A stretch of DNA of 64,000 bases from a virus. A program made the position numbers and the translations under genes. The DNA is taken from positions 1 through 64,000 of the IMG/VR virus record IMGVR_UViG_3300036770_002165; one strand, written 5' to 3'. The notes beneath the pieces are model-generated. The model did not search any database, was not told where the DNA came from, and was given only the letters and a program-made list of their open reading frames with translations. Of this stretch, positions 40,483 to 49,573 are shown one piece after another; position 1 is the stretch's first letter, and each line of letters starts with the position of its first letter.

Positions 40483-40760
40483 GGAGAGATATGCCCATTA
40501 TCAAATCATCAACAAACGGAGATGACATTACAGTTGTTGTCTTCTCCAAGGAGGAGGCCGAAGCCTTCGTAAACATGATGTGGAATGCATCTTTCAAGAA
40601 GAGCAAGGATGTTAAGGAATCTATCGAAAAGCTAGAAGAAATGTTCTATGCATTCGGTATTCCTTACCCTCCTGAGTGACGAAGGTCACAAAAATAATCC
40701 CACAACTTTCCTGTCTTATGGATAGGATGAACCTCAACCACCAACTGAAAGGAACCACCA

Positions 40761-41966
40761 ATGGTTGCAGCCAAAGCCCTCCGTGAGGGCATGGAAGTAG
40801 TCATCAACTCCGGGCCCTACACCGGACTGATAGCACGGGTCATCGATCCCACCGTCTTCCCCGACGGGCACCCCGACCAGCGCAAGATCCGTGTTGATAT
40901 CGCTGGTGTCGGTGAGACGCTGATCATTCCCAAGCAGCTCAGCATCACCGGCATGGCCCCCGTGGTGCACAGCGCACCAACTGTGGTTGCCAGTACTGCA
41001 CCAGTGCACGTGCCAACCGTGGCCGTGTCCAAAACGCCTATCACATCTCTTGACGATCCTGCCCTTGACCGTTGGCGTCCACAGCGTGCCAGCGTTGTCA
41101 AGGAGTACGTATCTCGAGAGTTGCCTGGCGGTATCAAAGATGTCGATGCGCTAGTCAAGTACTGGCGTGACGACCGCATCGATGGGTACGCCCCTAACAT
41201 CGGCCTGGTTGGTGACACCCAGTCCGGTAAAACAATGCTGGTTGAGGTTCTCGCCCACCTTGTGGCCAAGGAGATGGGGTTGTCTAAGCCCTTGCCGATC
41301 TTCTTGCTCGCCGGTAACAGCGCCATTACCGACCACGATATGTTCGGCCAATACCGTCCTGACGACACGGGTCAACTCGTGTGGATGGAGGGTGTGGTTG
41401 CCCTAGCCGCACGCATCGGCGGAATCCTGTATCTCGACGAGGTCAACGCAATGCCTGGTGCAGTCACCGCGGCTTTGCACCCGTTAGCTGACGATAGACA
41501 CCAGTTCGTTAACATCCGTAAGCCTGTCGATGACGGGCACGGTGGCATGATGCCTGATGTTGTCAAGGCATCTACTGACCTGTGGATCATGTCGACGTAC
41601 AACCCTGGCTATGCCGGTATGAGCAAGGCTAACGAAGCATTCCTCGCACGGTTCCGCTGGTTGCAGTGGAACTACGACGAGGAAGTTGAGAAGAAGTTGA
41701 TCAAGTCGCCTGGTGTCAGGTTGCTTGGCCAGTCTCTCCGCAACGCCCGTGAGGGTCGTGCTATCTCAACACCGGTGGGCACATCCGCACTGCAGCGTCT
41801 TGAGCGTGACATCGCCATGTTCGGCGTTGAGTACGCACTCTGGTCGTTCTGCGGGCAGTTCACCAGTAAGGCCGAGCGCACTGTTGTCGAAACCCTAATC
41901 GAAGACCGAAGCATCCGGCTCATGATTACCACAGAAGTCGAGGGGACAGTTAAGGAGCAAGCATGA
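40761..41966 (+). CDS. MoxR/CobS-like AAA+ ATPase (pair 2) with N-terminal KOW/SH3-like extension
   Basis: GDTQSGKT, LYLDEVN, STYNPGYAG, NEAFLARF. Confidence 0.9.
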   Translation: MVAAKALREGMEVVINSGPYTGLIARVIDPTVFPDGHPDQRKIRVDIAGVGETLIIPKQLSITGMAPVVHSAPTVVASTAPVHVPTVAVSKTPITSLDDPALDRWRPQRASVVKEYVSRELPGGIKDVDALVKYWRDDRIDGYAPNIGLVGDTQSGKTMLVEVLAHLVAKEMGLSKPLPIFLLAGNSAITDHDMFGQYRPDDTGQLVWMEGVVALAARIGGILYLDEVNAMPGAVTAALHPLADDRHQFVNIRKPVDDGHGGMMPDVVKASTDLWIMSTYNPGYAGMSKANEAFLARFRWLQWNYDEEVEKKLIKSPGVRLLGQSLRNAREGRAISTPVGTSALQRLERDIAMFGVEYALWSFCGQFTSKAERTVVETLIEDRSIRLMITTEVEGTVKEQA

Positions 41967-43894
41967 CAGACATTGATGAGCCCCAGGAAGTAGTGCCCGG
42001 AGTAATGACCCGCAAGGAGTTACAGAACTCACGATCTAGGCTACGTAACTGGATCACACGAGATGCTGCTAACTCTGAGAAGCGTGCTCGTAACCTCGCG
42101 GCACAGCTGCTAGCAACTGCGGATAACAACTACCTTCACCGCTCCCGTAACGAGAGGATGAAGTCAGACGCGCTAATCAATAGCGTTAGCAATCTGGCTA
42201 GCCGAGTGCTAGTGAGTATGAACGTTACAGCACGGGTTAAAGTGTCCCACGGGTCGGCTAAGTACTCCGGTAGGGCTGTTCAAGCTTACACGGACTTTGA
42301 CACGATTAACATTCAGGTTGATCCATCGTCGTTTAACACCAGCAGCATTGAGAGCGTGTCTGAGCTAATCCACGTAATCAAAGGCCTTGTGTACCACGAG
42401 GGTGGGCATATCGCATGGACTACGCCGATGTCATCGTTGTGTGACAGGATTGGGTGCAGCCGTAACCACGATATCGATGGTAAGCAGTACCCGTTGGTGT
42501 ATATGCAGCAGTCGTGGAACGTTCTTGAAGATCAGCGTATGGAACGCGCCATGGTTGTTACCTCTCCGATCATGGCTAAGTACTTCACGAGTATCGTTGC
42601 GAAGTATGCCATTGACCCGCAGCTTCCTGGCCTAGCTTGGCCGTGGCTTGTTGGCCGTACGTATTTGCCAAAGGAATTGCGGCGTGCTGTACGAGCCGAG
42701 GCTGAGCGCATGGAGGCTGCCCACCTTATACCGAGGATGGAGTCCGCTATCTTGGCTTACTGCAATGCCAGCGATGCCAGGACAATGCACGATGCTGTTA
42801 TCGAGATGCACATCTGTCTTATGGAATGGCTTTCTTCCAACAACGGCAAGATCAGCGAGGTTGACCGTCACTCTGGCCTTTTCAAAGATGACAAGCGCAG
42901 TTCACAGGAAATGCCAGTTCCCCCAACGCCAATGGAACCAGACGACAACGGTGATTCAAGCGAGGGGGGCAGCCCGTCTGACGACGCTGGTGAGGACACG
43001 CAGGAGAAAGACGAGAACGACGGTGACTCAGATAGTGATAAGGATTCCACCGACAAGTCGGCGGGTGATGGTGTTAGTGATAAATCGATCAAGGAACAGC
43101 TTGAGCAGATCGTAAACCAGAACATCAGTTCAACCAACATTAACGAGGTTAATGAAGTTATGGCTGATATCAACACCAGCCAGGGAATGATGGCTATTCG
43201 TGACGACACAATCAAGCAGATGAATAACACTGAGGTAACACTGAGCACCGAAGTCCGTAACCGTATGCTTGATGTGCTTGACCGCTTGGTTGTTCAAGTA
43301 GATCCGTCTTGGATGTTCTATCGGGAGAACGGTGTGCTAGACCCCACCGCCTACACGACACGTGAGCCTGGTGACATGAACTTCTGGTCAGGCATGGATG
43401 GGGATAAGGGCAACGGCCATGATCTCGCTGTGTCTCTGCTTATCGACTCATCAGGGTCGATGGGCAATGAGATCGAGAACGTCAGCATCATGGCTATGGG
43501 TATCCGTAAGGCGTGCGAGCATTACGATATCCCCTGCACTATCACCACGTTCTCTGAGGACGTACGCTTAGTTGCTGCCGGTGACGAAGAATGCGGGTTT
43601 GTCAAGGTAGAAGCTGGCGGTGGTACGCAAGTGTTCGATGCCATGACCATCCTTGATGACCAGCGTTACGGTAAGCATAACCACCTCGTAGTCATCCTTA
43701 CGGATGGTGAATGGAGCGACCTAAAGGACGTGCGTATCTGGGGTAAACCAACGCGCCACATCATGATCGTCGGGTACAACGTAGATCATTCAATCATTGC
43801 TGATAAGGGCGCTAATAGCGCCATTACCATTAGCAATATCAACGAGCTAGCGCCGCTAGTCACAAACTCCCTGGCTGGGTATTTCGGTAGCTAG
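41963..43894 (+). CDS. CobT-like HExxH metallopeptidase-acidic linker-vWA protein (pair 2)
   Basis: YHEGGH, WNVLEDQRME, D/E/S-rich linker, LIDSSGSM, GGT, ILTDG. Confidence 0.85.
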   Translation: MTDIDEPQEVVPGVMTRKELQNSRSRLRNWITRDAANSEKRARNLAAQLLATADNNYLHRSRNERMKSDALINSVSNLASRVLVSMNVTARVKVSHGSAKYSGRAVQAYTDFDTINIQVDPSSFNTSSIESVSELIHVIKGLVYHEGGHIAWTTPMSSLCDRIGCSRNHDIDGKQYPLVYMQQSWNVLEDQRMERAMVVTSPIMAKYFTSIVAKYAIDPQLPGLAWPWLVGRTYLPKELRRAVRAEAERMEAAHLIPRMESAILAYCNASDARTMHDAVIEMHICLMEWLSSNNGKISEVDRHSGLFKDDKRSSQEMPVPPTPMEPDDNGDSSEGGSPSDDAGEDTQEKDENDGDSDSDKDSTDKSAGDGVSDKSIKEQLEQIVNQNISSTNINEVNEVMADINTSQGMMAIRDDTIKQMNNTEVTLSTEVRNRMLDVLDRLVVQVDPSWMFYRENGVLDPTAYTTREPGDMNFWSGMDGDKGNGHDLAVSLLIDSSGSMGNEIENVSIMAMGIRKACEHYDIPCTITTFSEDVRLVAAGDEECGFVKVEAGGGTQVFDAMTILDDQRYGKHNHLVVILTDGEWSDLKDVRIWGKPTRHIMIVGYNVDHSIIADKGANSAITISNINELAPLVTNSLAGYFGS

Positions 43895-43922
43895 GTTGTA
43901 GCAACAATAAACACAAGGTAGG

Positions 43923-44291
43923 GTGAACCACATGGACCACAACATTGAGAACCAAATCAGAGAGTTTCTGCAGATCAGAGACGCAATCAAGACATTTGAG
44001 CCCAAGCTCAAAGACCTTGAAAACCAACTGAAGCAGTACATGACAGACAACGAGATCAAGAAGATCACCGTCGATGGACGGACCATCACCTTGGTTTCGT
44101 CGCCTGGTGTACGTAACTTCAATGCCGAAGAACTGCAGAAGCTCATCTCCGCAGCAGTGTTCAAGCAAGTCACAGAACCTAAGGTCAAGACAGAACTTCT
44201 TGATGCTGCTGTAAGTCTCGGCAAGATCCCCCAGGATGTTGTCGATCAAGTAACAACAAAAACCCCCTACAACCAGTTGCGAGTCAACTAG
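43923..44291 (+). CDS. Coiled-coil hypothetical protein
   Basis: 122 aa ORF; weak resemblance to Gam-like phage proteins, unverified. Confidence 0.55.
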   Translation: MNHMDHNIENQIREFLQIRDAIKTFEPKLKDLENQLKQYMTDNEIKKITVDGRTITLVSSPGVRNFNAEELQKLISAAVFKQVTEPKVKTELLDAAVSLGKIPQDVVDQVTTKTPYNQLRVN

Positions 44292-44300
44292 GAGATAACA

Positions 44301-44675
44301 ATGAAAACCATCAAGAGTAGTACGTACAACCTCAACCCCCGCGATCTTGACCTCAAGACTCTGGTTACCCTGGTTGCTGAGGGTTACGTCGAGAGTGACA
44401 TCGCAATCGTCCTCATGGCACGAGCCTCAAACGTAGACGAGGGTGCCCTCGCCAACGCTCTCCGCAAGGTCCCCAAGGCTGTCCGTAAGGCCACCAAGTG
44501 GACCGTCGAAGAGGAGCAGATCATCATCAAGATGTGGAACGAGGGTAAGACCGCTCGTCAGATCGGGGAGATCATGGGCCGCACCGCTGGTTCCGTTGGT
44601 CTCCGTATCAACCACTTGCGTAGCGCAGGCCACGAGCTCGTCTCGCACGAGGCTGGCCGCCGCAAGCAGGCGTAA
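44301..44675 (+). CDS. GcrA/Myb-like HTH protein
   Basis: WTVEEEQIIIKMWNEGKTARQIGEIMGRTAGSV. Confidence 0.7.
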   Translation: MKTIKSSTYNLNPRDLDLKTLVTLVAEGYVESDIAIVLMARASNVDEGALANALRKVPKAVRKATKWTVEEEQIIIKMWNEGKTARQIGEIMGRTAGSVGLRINHLRSAGHELVSHEAGRRKQA

Positions 44676-44683
44676 GGAGAGTA

Positions 44684-44817
44684 AGCCGGAGCCTTCAGGA
44701 ACCTTAGTAGGGGTAAGCGTGGTCATTCGCTCCCCTGTCTCCTTTCACCTGAAGGAACTCTCCTCCCTCCCATCCCTATTTCGTTGCTGTTGCGGGGATG
44801 GGAGGGTGAGTCCGGTT
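44684..44817 (+). ncRNA. Multi-helix structured RNA candidate
   Basis: AGCCGGA/TCCGGTT closing stem, CCTTCAGG/CCTGAAGG, AGGGG..AGCG/CGCTCCCCT, CCCTCCCATCCC/GGGATGGGAGGG. Confidence 0.6.
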
Positions 44818-44862
44818 AGACTCCACACCAGCGCAATCGTGGCGCTGTCCAAGGAGGTCTAT

Positions 44863-45333
44863 ATGAGTCTGTGCCGTGGCCCGCTATGTAGCGAGAAAGT
44901 CGTGGCTAAGGGTTTGTGCGCTGCGCATTATAAGCAGATGCAGCGTGATGGTGTCTTACACGTCATTGAGAAATCCAAACTCCCAGAAGATAAGTTCTGG
45001 AAAAATATCAACCGCACTGACGATGGCTGTTGGTTGTGGACCGGCCCGGTTGACAAGGGTTATGGGCGTATGTACGTGGGTAACAAAGCGTTTCAGGCGC
45101 ACCGATGGTCATACGAGCAACACAAGCACATAAGTCTTACCAAGGCTGAGACGCTGGACCACCTATGCCGAAACACGCTGTGCTGTAATCCCGATCACCT
45201 TGAAAAGGTTTCTCTTATCGAGAATATCGAGCGGCAGCACCTATACCACGCGCTTAACGCCGAGATAAAGCGCCTGCGAGAGTTCTTGATTGATATCGGG
45301 TACAACCCCGACACGCTACAAAAGGAGATGTAA
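44863..45333 (+). CDS. HNH endonuclease
   Basis: CWLWTG..GYG..AHRWSYE..LDHLCRNTLCCNPDHL; start 44863 after AAGGAGG. Confidence 0.9.
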   Translation: MSLCRGPLCSEKVVAKGLCAAHYKQMQRDGVLHVIEKSKLPEDKFWKNINRTDDGCWLWTGPVDKGYGRMYVGNKAFQAHRWSYEQHKHISLTKAETLDHLCRNTLCCNPDHLEKVSLIENIERQHLYHALNAEIKRLREFLIDIGYNPDTLQKEM

Positions 45334-46109
45334 TGGAAGAGGAAATCCCTAACGAGGTACAACTTAGGTACATCAAACACCCGTACTTCTGCCCTTACTG
45401 CGAGAGTGAGAGCATAGGACTGGTTAACCACCCCGAACCATCAGAAGCAGACTTCGTGACTCAGACCGTCGGCTGTGCTGACTGCGACAACGTGTGGTTA
45501 GAGGTGTACCAACTAAGCGGTATCGAGCCGTACCCCAGCCTGCCATGACCGGGAAAGCATTTCATAACCCTTCCGATAACGGAATAGATATGAAATCTGA
45601 CGACATCGTGACCCGACTATGGCAGTACACGCCAGAAGCGCCAAATATCCCAATGGAGACACGGTTGCTTCTGAATGATGCCGCCAATGAAATTTTACGA
45701 CTTCGGGCTGAAGTCGCCCGTCTAGGCACATTCCTGCATCCAGTTGGAATGGTCATAAACACCTATGGGACAAGCCTGACAAAGAGAGCATGCAATGAAA
45801 CCTGACGACATCGTGACCCGACTACGGGAATCGCTAGAAATGATTCACCCCGACCCCCAGGATGTGCGCGACGCCATCAACGAGATTGAACGGCTACGTG
45901 GATACCAGGCAGGATATGCCGGTTTAGTCGAGGATAACTCGACCTATGAAGATGAGGTAGAGCGTCTCAAAGGGTTGTTAGACCCCATCATCAAGGCATT
46001 CACGGTTCAGGGACCCGTTCCTGCGTACCATGAACACATCAAGCGCGGTTTGAAGAAAGAATGGCCTGTTCTGTACCGAGCGCTAGAACAGGCTAGTAAA
46101 CAGTACTAG
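45333..46109 (+). CDS. Zn-ribbon protein (45333-45548) and two DDIVTRL paralogs (45590-45805, 45795-46109)
   Basis: CPYC..CADC; shared N-termini MK.DDIVTRL and A.NEI.RLR. Confidence 0.65.
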
Positions 46110-46119
46110 GAGAACCACC

Positions 46120-46569
46120 ATGCAGACATTCGTACCATACGGTAAACACTTCGTTGGTAATGCCGCTGTTCTTGACCGACAGCGATTAGGTAAGCAACGA
46201 GTCGAAGGATTACAAATCCTCAGAACACTTAAGGGCATCAACTACGGATGGGCCAACCACCCAGCTGTCAAGATGTGGGATGGCTACGAGGACGCCCTGG
46301 GGTATTACACCCTAACCATATGTAACCGTTGGACTTCTTATGGTTACAAAGACACCTGCGCTTACAAGGTGCGCCAAATCCTCCCGCATCTTACTGACGC
46401 AGTTATTAACCGTGAGCAGATCAGGGAAACGATTGAAATGCCGCCGTGGTTAGACGACCTAGACTTAATGATGTCTCATAGGTCAAACCTGATCCGTAAG
46501 AAGCCTGACTACTATGGACCGATATGGCCAGAGACTCCTAGCTACCTGCCTTACAAGTGGCCCCGCTAA
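46120..46569 (+). CDS. Pyrimidine-dimer DNA glycosylase (DenV/MSMEG_6728-like)
   Basis: MQTFVPY..LDRQRLGKQRVE..QIL, HPAVKMW.GYE.AL, SHRSNLIRK, YKWP. Confidence 0.8.
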   Translation: MQTFVPYGKHFVGNAAVLDRQRLGKQRVEGLQILRTLKGINYGWANHPAVKMWDGYEDALGYYTLTICNRWTSYGYKDTCAYKVRQILPHLTDAVINREQIRETIEMPPWLDDLDLMMSHRSNLIRKKPDYYGPIWPETPSYLPYKWPR

Positions 46570-46964
46570 GCGGCGGCGACCATCTCCCTTACCCGCATCT
46601 TTCCCCATCCGGTAGGGGTGGTCCAGACGGCGGTGTGAATACCGTAATCGTTTAGCATCTCTTGGCAACGCTCACAAGGCATAGCCATACCTACATAACC
46701 GCTTCTGGTTACCCGCGCGACGTAGATCTTCGAGCCAGCTACGTCTCCAGCGCGTCGGATCGCCACCTCTTCTGCGTGGTAAGAGACCCCATCAAGAGAC
46801 ATTACCTTTGAGGGGTGGTTACGGTAACGATTAACACCAGTGCTTAGGACACTCCCACCACGGACGATCACCGCCCCCACTCTCCATTGAGAGTGAGGTG
46901 CGGTAACCGCCTGATCCATAGCGTAGTTAAGCCACCTAAAGTCAGATGAACTCAGGGAGGGCAT
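46566..46964 (-). CDS. Cytidine/dCMP deaminase-like Zn enzyme
   Basis: VGAVIV, HAE, PCERC. Confidence 0.85.
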   Translation of the reverse strand: MPSLSSSDFRWLNYAMDQAVTAPHSQWRVGAVIVRGGSVLSTGVNRYRNHPSKVMSLDGVSYHAEEVAIRRAGDVAGSKIYVARVTRSGYVGMAMPCERCQEMLNDYGIHTAVWTTPTGWGKMRVREMVAAA

Positions 46965-47472
46965 TGTTTTTGATCATTCTTTCTACTGCTGACGTGGTGG
47001 TGTCCAGGTAGGGGGCCAAATCCGCAGCGAGAGATACGGGTTTAGGCTTACCCTCCATTCGGCGCATCCTTTGGATGTCTGTAATCAAATACCTAACTGG
47101 TATACGTGAATCTTGCTCTAGATTGTCAAGCGACATCTTGCGCCTATCGCGCGAAGTCTGCCCGCCGTACATCCCATAGGTAAGCCCGTTATCCAGGGCA
47201 AACGCTAGGCACTCTTTCCTAACTGAACACTTAGCGCACAGCAACCGAGCGCGGCTAAGCATGTTGCCCTGAAGGTTGGGGTTTGTTGAGTCCTTAGTTC
47301 TTTCTCTGGCCTTCTTCTGGGCCACTGTCATCCCGCTTAGATCTTCTTTTTCGGGAAAGAACACTCTGGTGTCTTTACCCTTGCAGGCTGCCTTGGAGCG
47401 CCATGCGTCATCCCCCCAGTTATTTAGTGATGGTAGTTGTACTTGTCTTTGTAGGTCTAGTTCTAGTTCCAT
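46942..47472 (-). CDS. whiB: WhiB-family transcription factor 1
   Basis: W...AAC...FFP, CAKCSVRKEC, GMYGG. Confidence 0.9.
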   Translation of the reverse strand: MELELDLQRQVQLPSLNNWGDDAWRSKAACKGKDTRVFFPEKEDLSGMTVAQKKARERTKDSTNPNLQGNMLSRARLLCAKCSVRKECLAFALDNGLTYGMYGGQTSRDRRKMSLDNLEQDSRIPVRYLITDIQRMRRMEGKPKPVSLAADLAPYLDTTTSAVERMIKNNALPEFI

Positions 47473-47478
47473 AGTCTT

Positions 47479-48546
47479 TCAGATGTTAGAGATGATGTCT
47501 GTTAGTAGCTTTGTACCAATTGAAATGTCTCGTTTAATCCGTACCACCTCCCTGTTCATGTCCGCCTCCTCTTGTCGTACTCGGTAATCCGACAGCCTCT
47601 TAATGTGCTTACCCCAATCAAGAGGTTTTTTGGCGATCAACCCAACGCCGAGGTCGTGCTGCAGCTCAATGTAGGCGTCGAGGTTGCTGGCGATGAATGG
47701 CACGCCCGCTGCGGCATACTCAAGGCCCTTGATGTCTGATTTACAACGATTAAAGGGCATGTTGGTCAGCGGTACTATGCCGATATCCATGACCATCAGC
47801 TTTGGGTACTGATCGTGGGGGACTAAGGGCATCGTAGACACTGCTTCTTCAGGTACCCCAACACGGGAAGCAAAAGAGGGGGCCTTATCAGTTACCCCTC
47901 CGTGAAACAAGCGGATGCTCTCGTTGCGGACTAGCGGGGCAAGCACACCTTTGAGGGTTTCAAGGTCCCCTGAGCGATGCTTGGTACTACCTACCCACCC
48001 AACTGTAGGCACTGGCGTGTCGAAGTGCTCACGTGGGGTGAACCGTCTGGCGTCTACGGTGTTCTTGGAGATCACGATCGGCGCACGACAAAAATCCTTG
48101 ACACGACTAGCTAGGTAAGGTGTGCTGGCTATGACAAGATCAGATCGTGAGATGATCGACCGATAGTGATTGAAGTTCTCTTTGGGGTTGCGCTTAGGGT
48201 GGTTGTGGTTGAACGCATCGTTAGCTGTTGAAAGGCCCCAATACCAGTCATCAATGTCATTAATGATCTTGATGCCCTGCTTCTGGGAGGCCACAATATG
48301 GTCTGCGATACCAGCGTGCATAAGGCGCTGCATGAGGATCACGTCGACATCGTGCAACCCACCCGCTTGATCCATGATCCCCAGGTGGTCGTTAATCCAG
48401 GTAAGCGTCCCCGTAACGATAGAAAACGGAAGATGTTCGATGTACTGGCCAACACGGGCCCAACCAGAGCCACCCCACCGTTCTTTTTTATCAGCTGTCT
48501 TCTGCGGACTTGCCCAGTCCCCTGACGCTATTCCTAGTCTTAACAC
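47479..48546 (-). CDS. GT-B (GT4-like) glycosyltransferase
   Basis: DIDDWYW, VGWVGS..H, DIGIVPL..FNRCKSDIKGLEYAAAGVPFIAS. Confidence 0.85.
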   Translation of the reverse strand: MLRLGIASGDWASPQKTADKKERWGGSGWARVGQYIEHLPFSIVTGTLTWINDHLGIMDQAGGLHDVDVILMQRLMHAGIADHIVASQKQGIKIINDIDDWYWGLSTANDAFNHNHPKRNPKENFNHYRSIISRSDLVIASTPYLASRVKDFCRAPIVISKNTVDARRFTPREHFDTPVPTVGWVGSTKHRSGDLETLKGVLAPLVRNESIRLFHGGVTDKAPSFASRVGVPEEAVSTMPLVPHDQYPKLMVMDIGIVPLTNMPFNRCKSDIKGLEYAAAGVPFIASNLDAYIELQHDLGVGLIAKKPLDWGKHIKRLSDYRVRQEEADMNREVVRIKRDISIGTKLLTDIISNI

Positions 48547-48693
48547 CCTTTTCCCCTTTGTACACCATTAGATGAACTTTCTTCCCTACCCCGCAACAGT
48601 GGGTTGGAGCCTCGGTAAGAGGGACAAATACTTCCAACCCACTGTTGCACTTAGGGCACTCGTAGTACCCTGCGGGCAGTAGGGGTTTTTCCA

Positions 48694-48891
48694 TCAGGCC
48701 GACTTTGGCTTGCGACGGTTCCAAGTGGTTGCAAAGGTGCGGATGTCATCCAGGTTCCACAGCGGGGTGGCTGCGAGAGTACGGATGGGCTTAGGGAAAT
48801 CGGCGCGCTTACGCAACGCATGGATCTGCTGCTTGGGGCAGCTAAGAAGCTCTGCGACTTCCGCGGTTCCACCGATGTTATTGATGTCCAT
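48694..48891 (-). CDS. AlpA/excisionase-like HTH protein
   Basis: GTAEVAELL..KQQIH.LRKR.DFPKPI..L..TPLW; start 48891 after AAGGAG. Confidence 0.7.
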   Translation of the reverse strand: MDINNIGGTAEVAELLSCPKQQIHALRKRADFPKPIRTLAATPLWNLDDIRTFATTWNRRKPKSA

Positions 48892-48961
48892 ACTTGCTCC
48901 TTGTTTTGTACACCGTGGTGGTGTGGGATACATGATACACGTGTTGTGATCAACGTGCAAC

Positions 48962-49573
48962 TTACGGGTGGCGTTGAATTGTGGTGTACTTGTTACATGG
49001 GGTAGCCCATGGCCCACGCCAGCCACAGCCGTGCTTTTCTTCGCCGTACAACCAGATGGCTAGGCCAGCCCGGAGGTTGATCTCTGGATTGTAAAGGTCA
49101 TCACAGGTGGTAAGGATGCCACGGTCCTGCAACCAACCAGCCTTTGACCATTGTGAGGGCCTGCACCAGTAGCCGTTGATCTGCATCAGGCCGCGAGAGC
49201 CGGACATAGGGTCGGTCTTGTTGTGGCTACCGATGTTGCACCGACTCTCTCGGTACAAAACGTATGAAAGAGTCGGCCACTCCTCTGCTGGCCACCCAAC
49301 TAGAAGGGCCAACTCGCGCCACTCGCCACACTTACCGTAGGTATCCCTGGCGATTTGCTTGAAGTCAACCCCGGACAGATCGGGGAATGTGGTTGTGGTT
49401 GTAGGTGCTGGGGTTGCTGGTGGTTGTGTTGTAGGTGCCGCCGTGGTGGTAACCACAGTAGTCGTTGTCGACTCGGGGGCCGCTGCTGGTGTTCCTACTT
49501 GCCCTGCGCAGAAGGTGATCACGAGACTTGCGATTGCTACACCTACTGCTCTGGGGATGGTGAGGATACTCAA
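48962..49573 (-). CDS. Exported SLT-type lytic transglycosylase
   Basis: N-terminal TM/signal, Thr/Pro linker, RESRC, GLMQIN, LYNPEINL. Confidence 0.8.
   Translation of the reverse strand: MSILTIPRAVGVAIASLVITFCAGQVGTPAAAPESTTTTVVTTTAAPTTQPPATPAPTTTTTFPDLSGVDFKQIARDTYGKCGEWRELALLVGWPAEEWPTLSYVLYRESRCNIGSHNKTDPMSGSRGLMQINGYWCRPSQWSKAGWLQDRGILTTCDDLYNPEINLRAGLAIWLYGEEKHGCGWRGPWATPCNKYTTIQRHP

Larger units (their letters stand above)
26633..42184. repeat. Dispersed palindromic motif (C)CTAA-N2/3-TTAG(G), about 27 copies
   Basis: Exact CTAATCATTAG at 27762, 27809, 28558, 28807, 28954, 29490, 30795, 31201, 31979, 34673, inverted at 33815, plus variants. Confidence 0.95.

Noticed and set aside
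44443-44862. N-terminal extension of the 296-aa HNH ORF
   Set aside because: Overlaps the HTH gene and a structured intergenic region; a strong RBS supports start at 44863
48694-48891. Excisionase-like HTH as evidence of a temperate lifestyle
   Set aside because: No integrase, att site or repressor seen in this window; such HTH proteins also act as plain regulators
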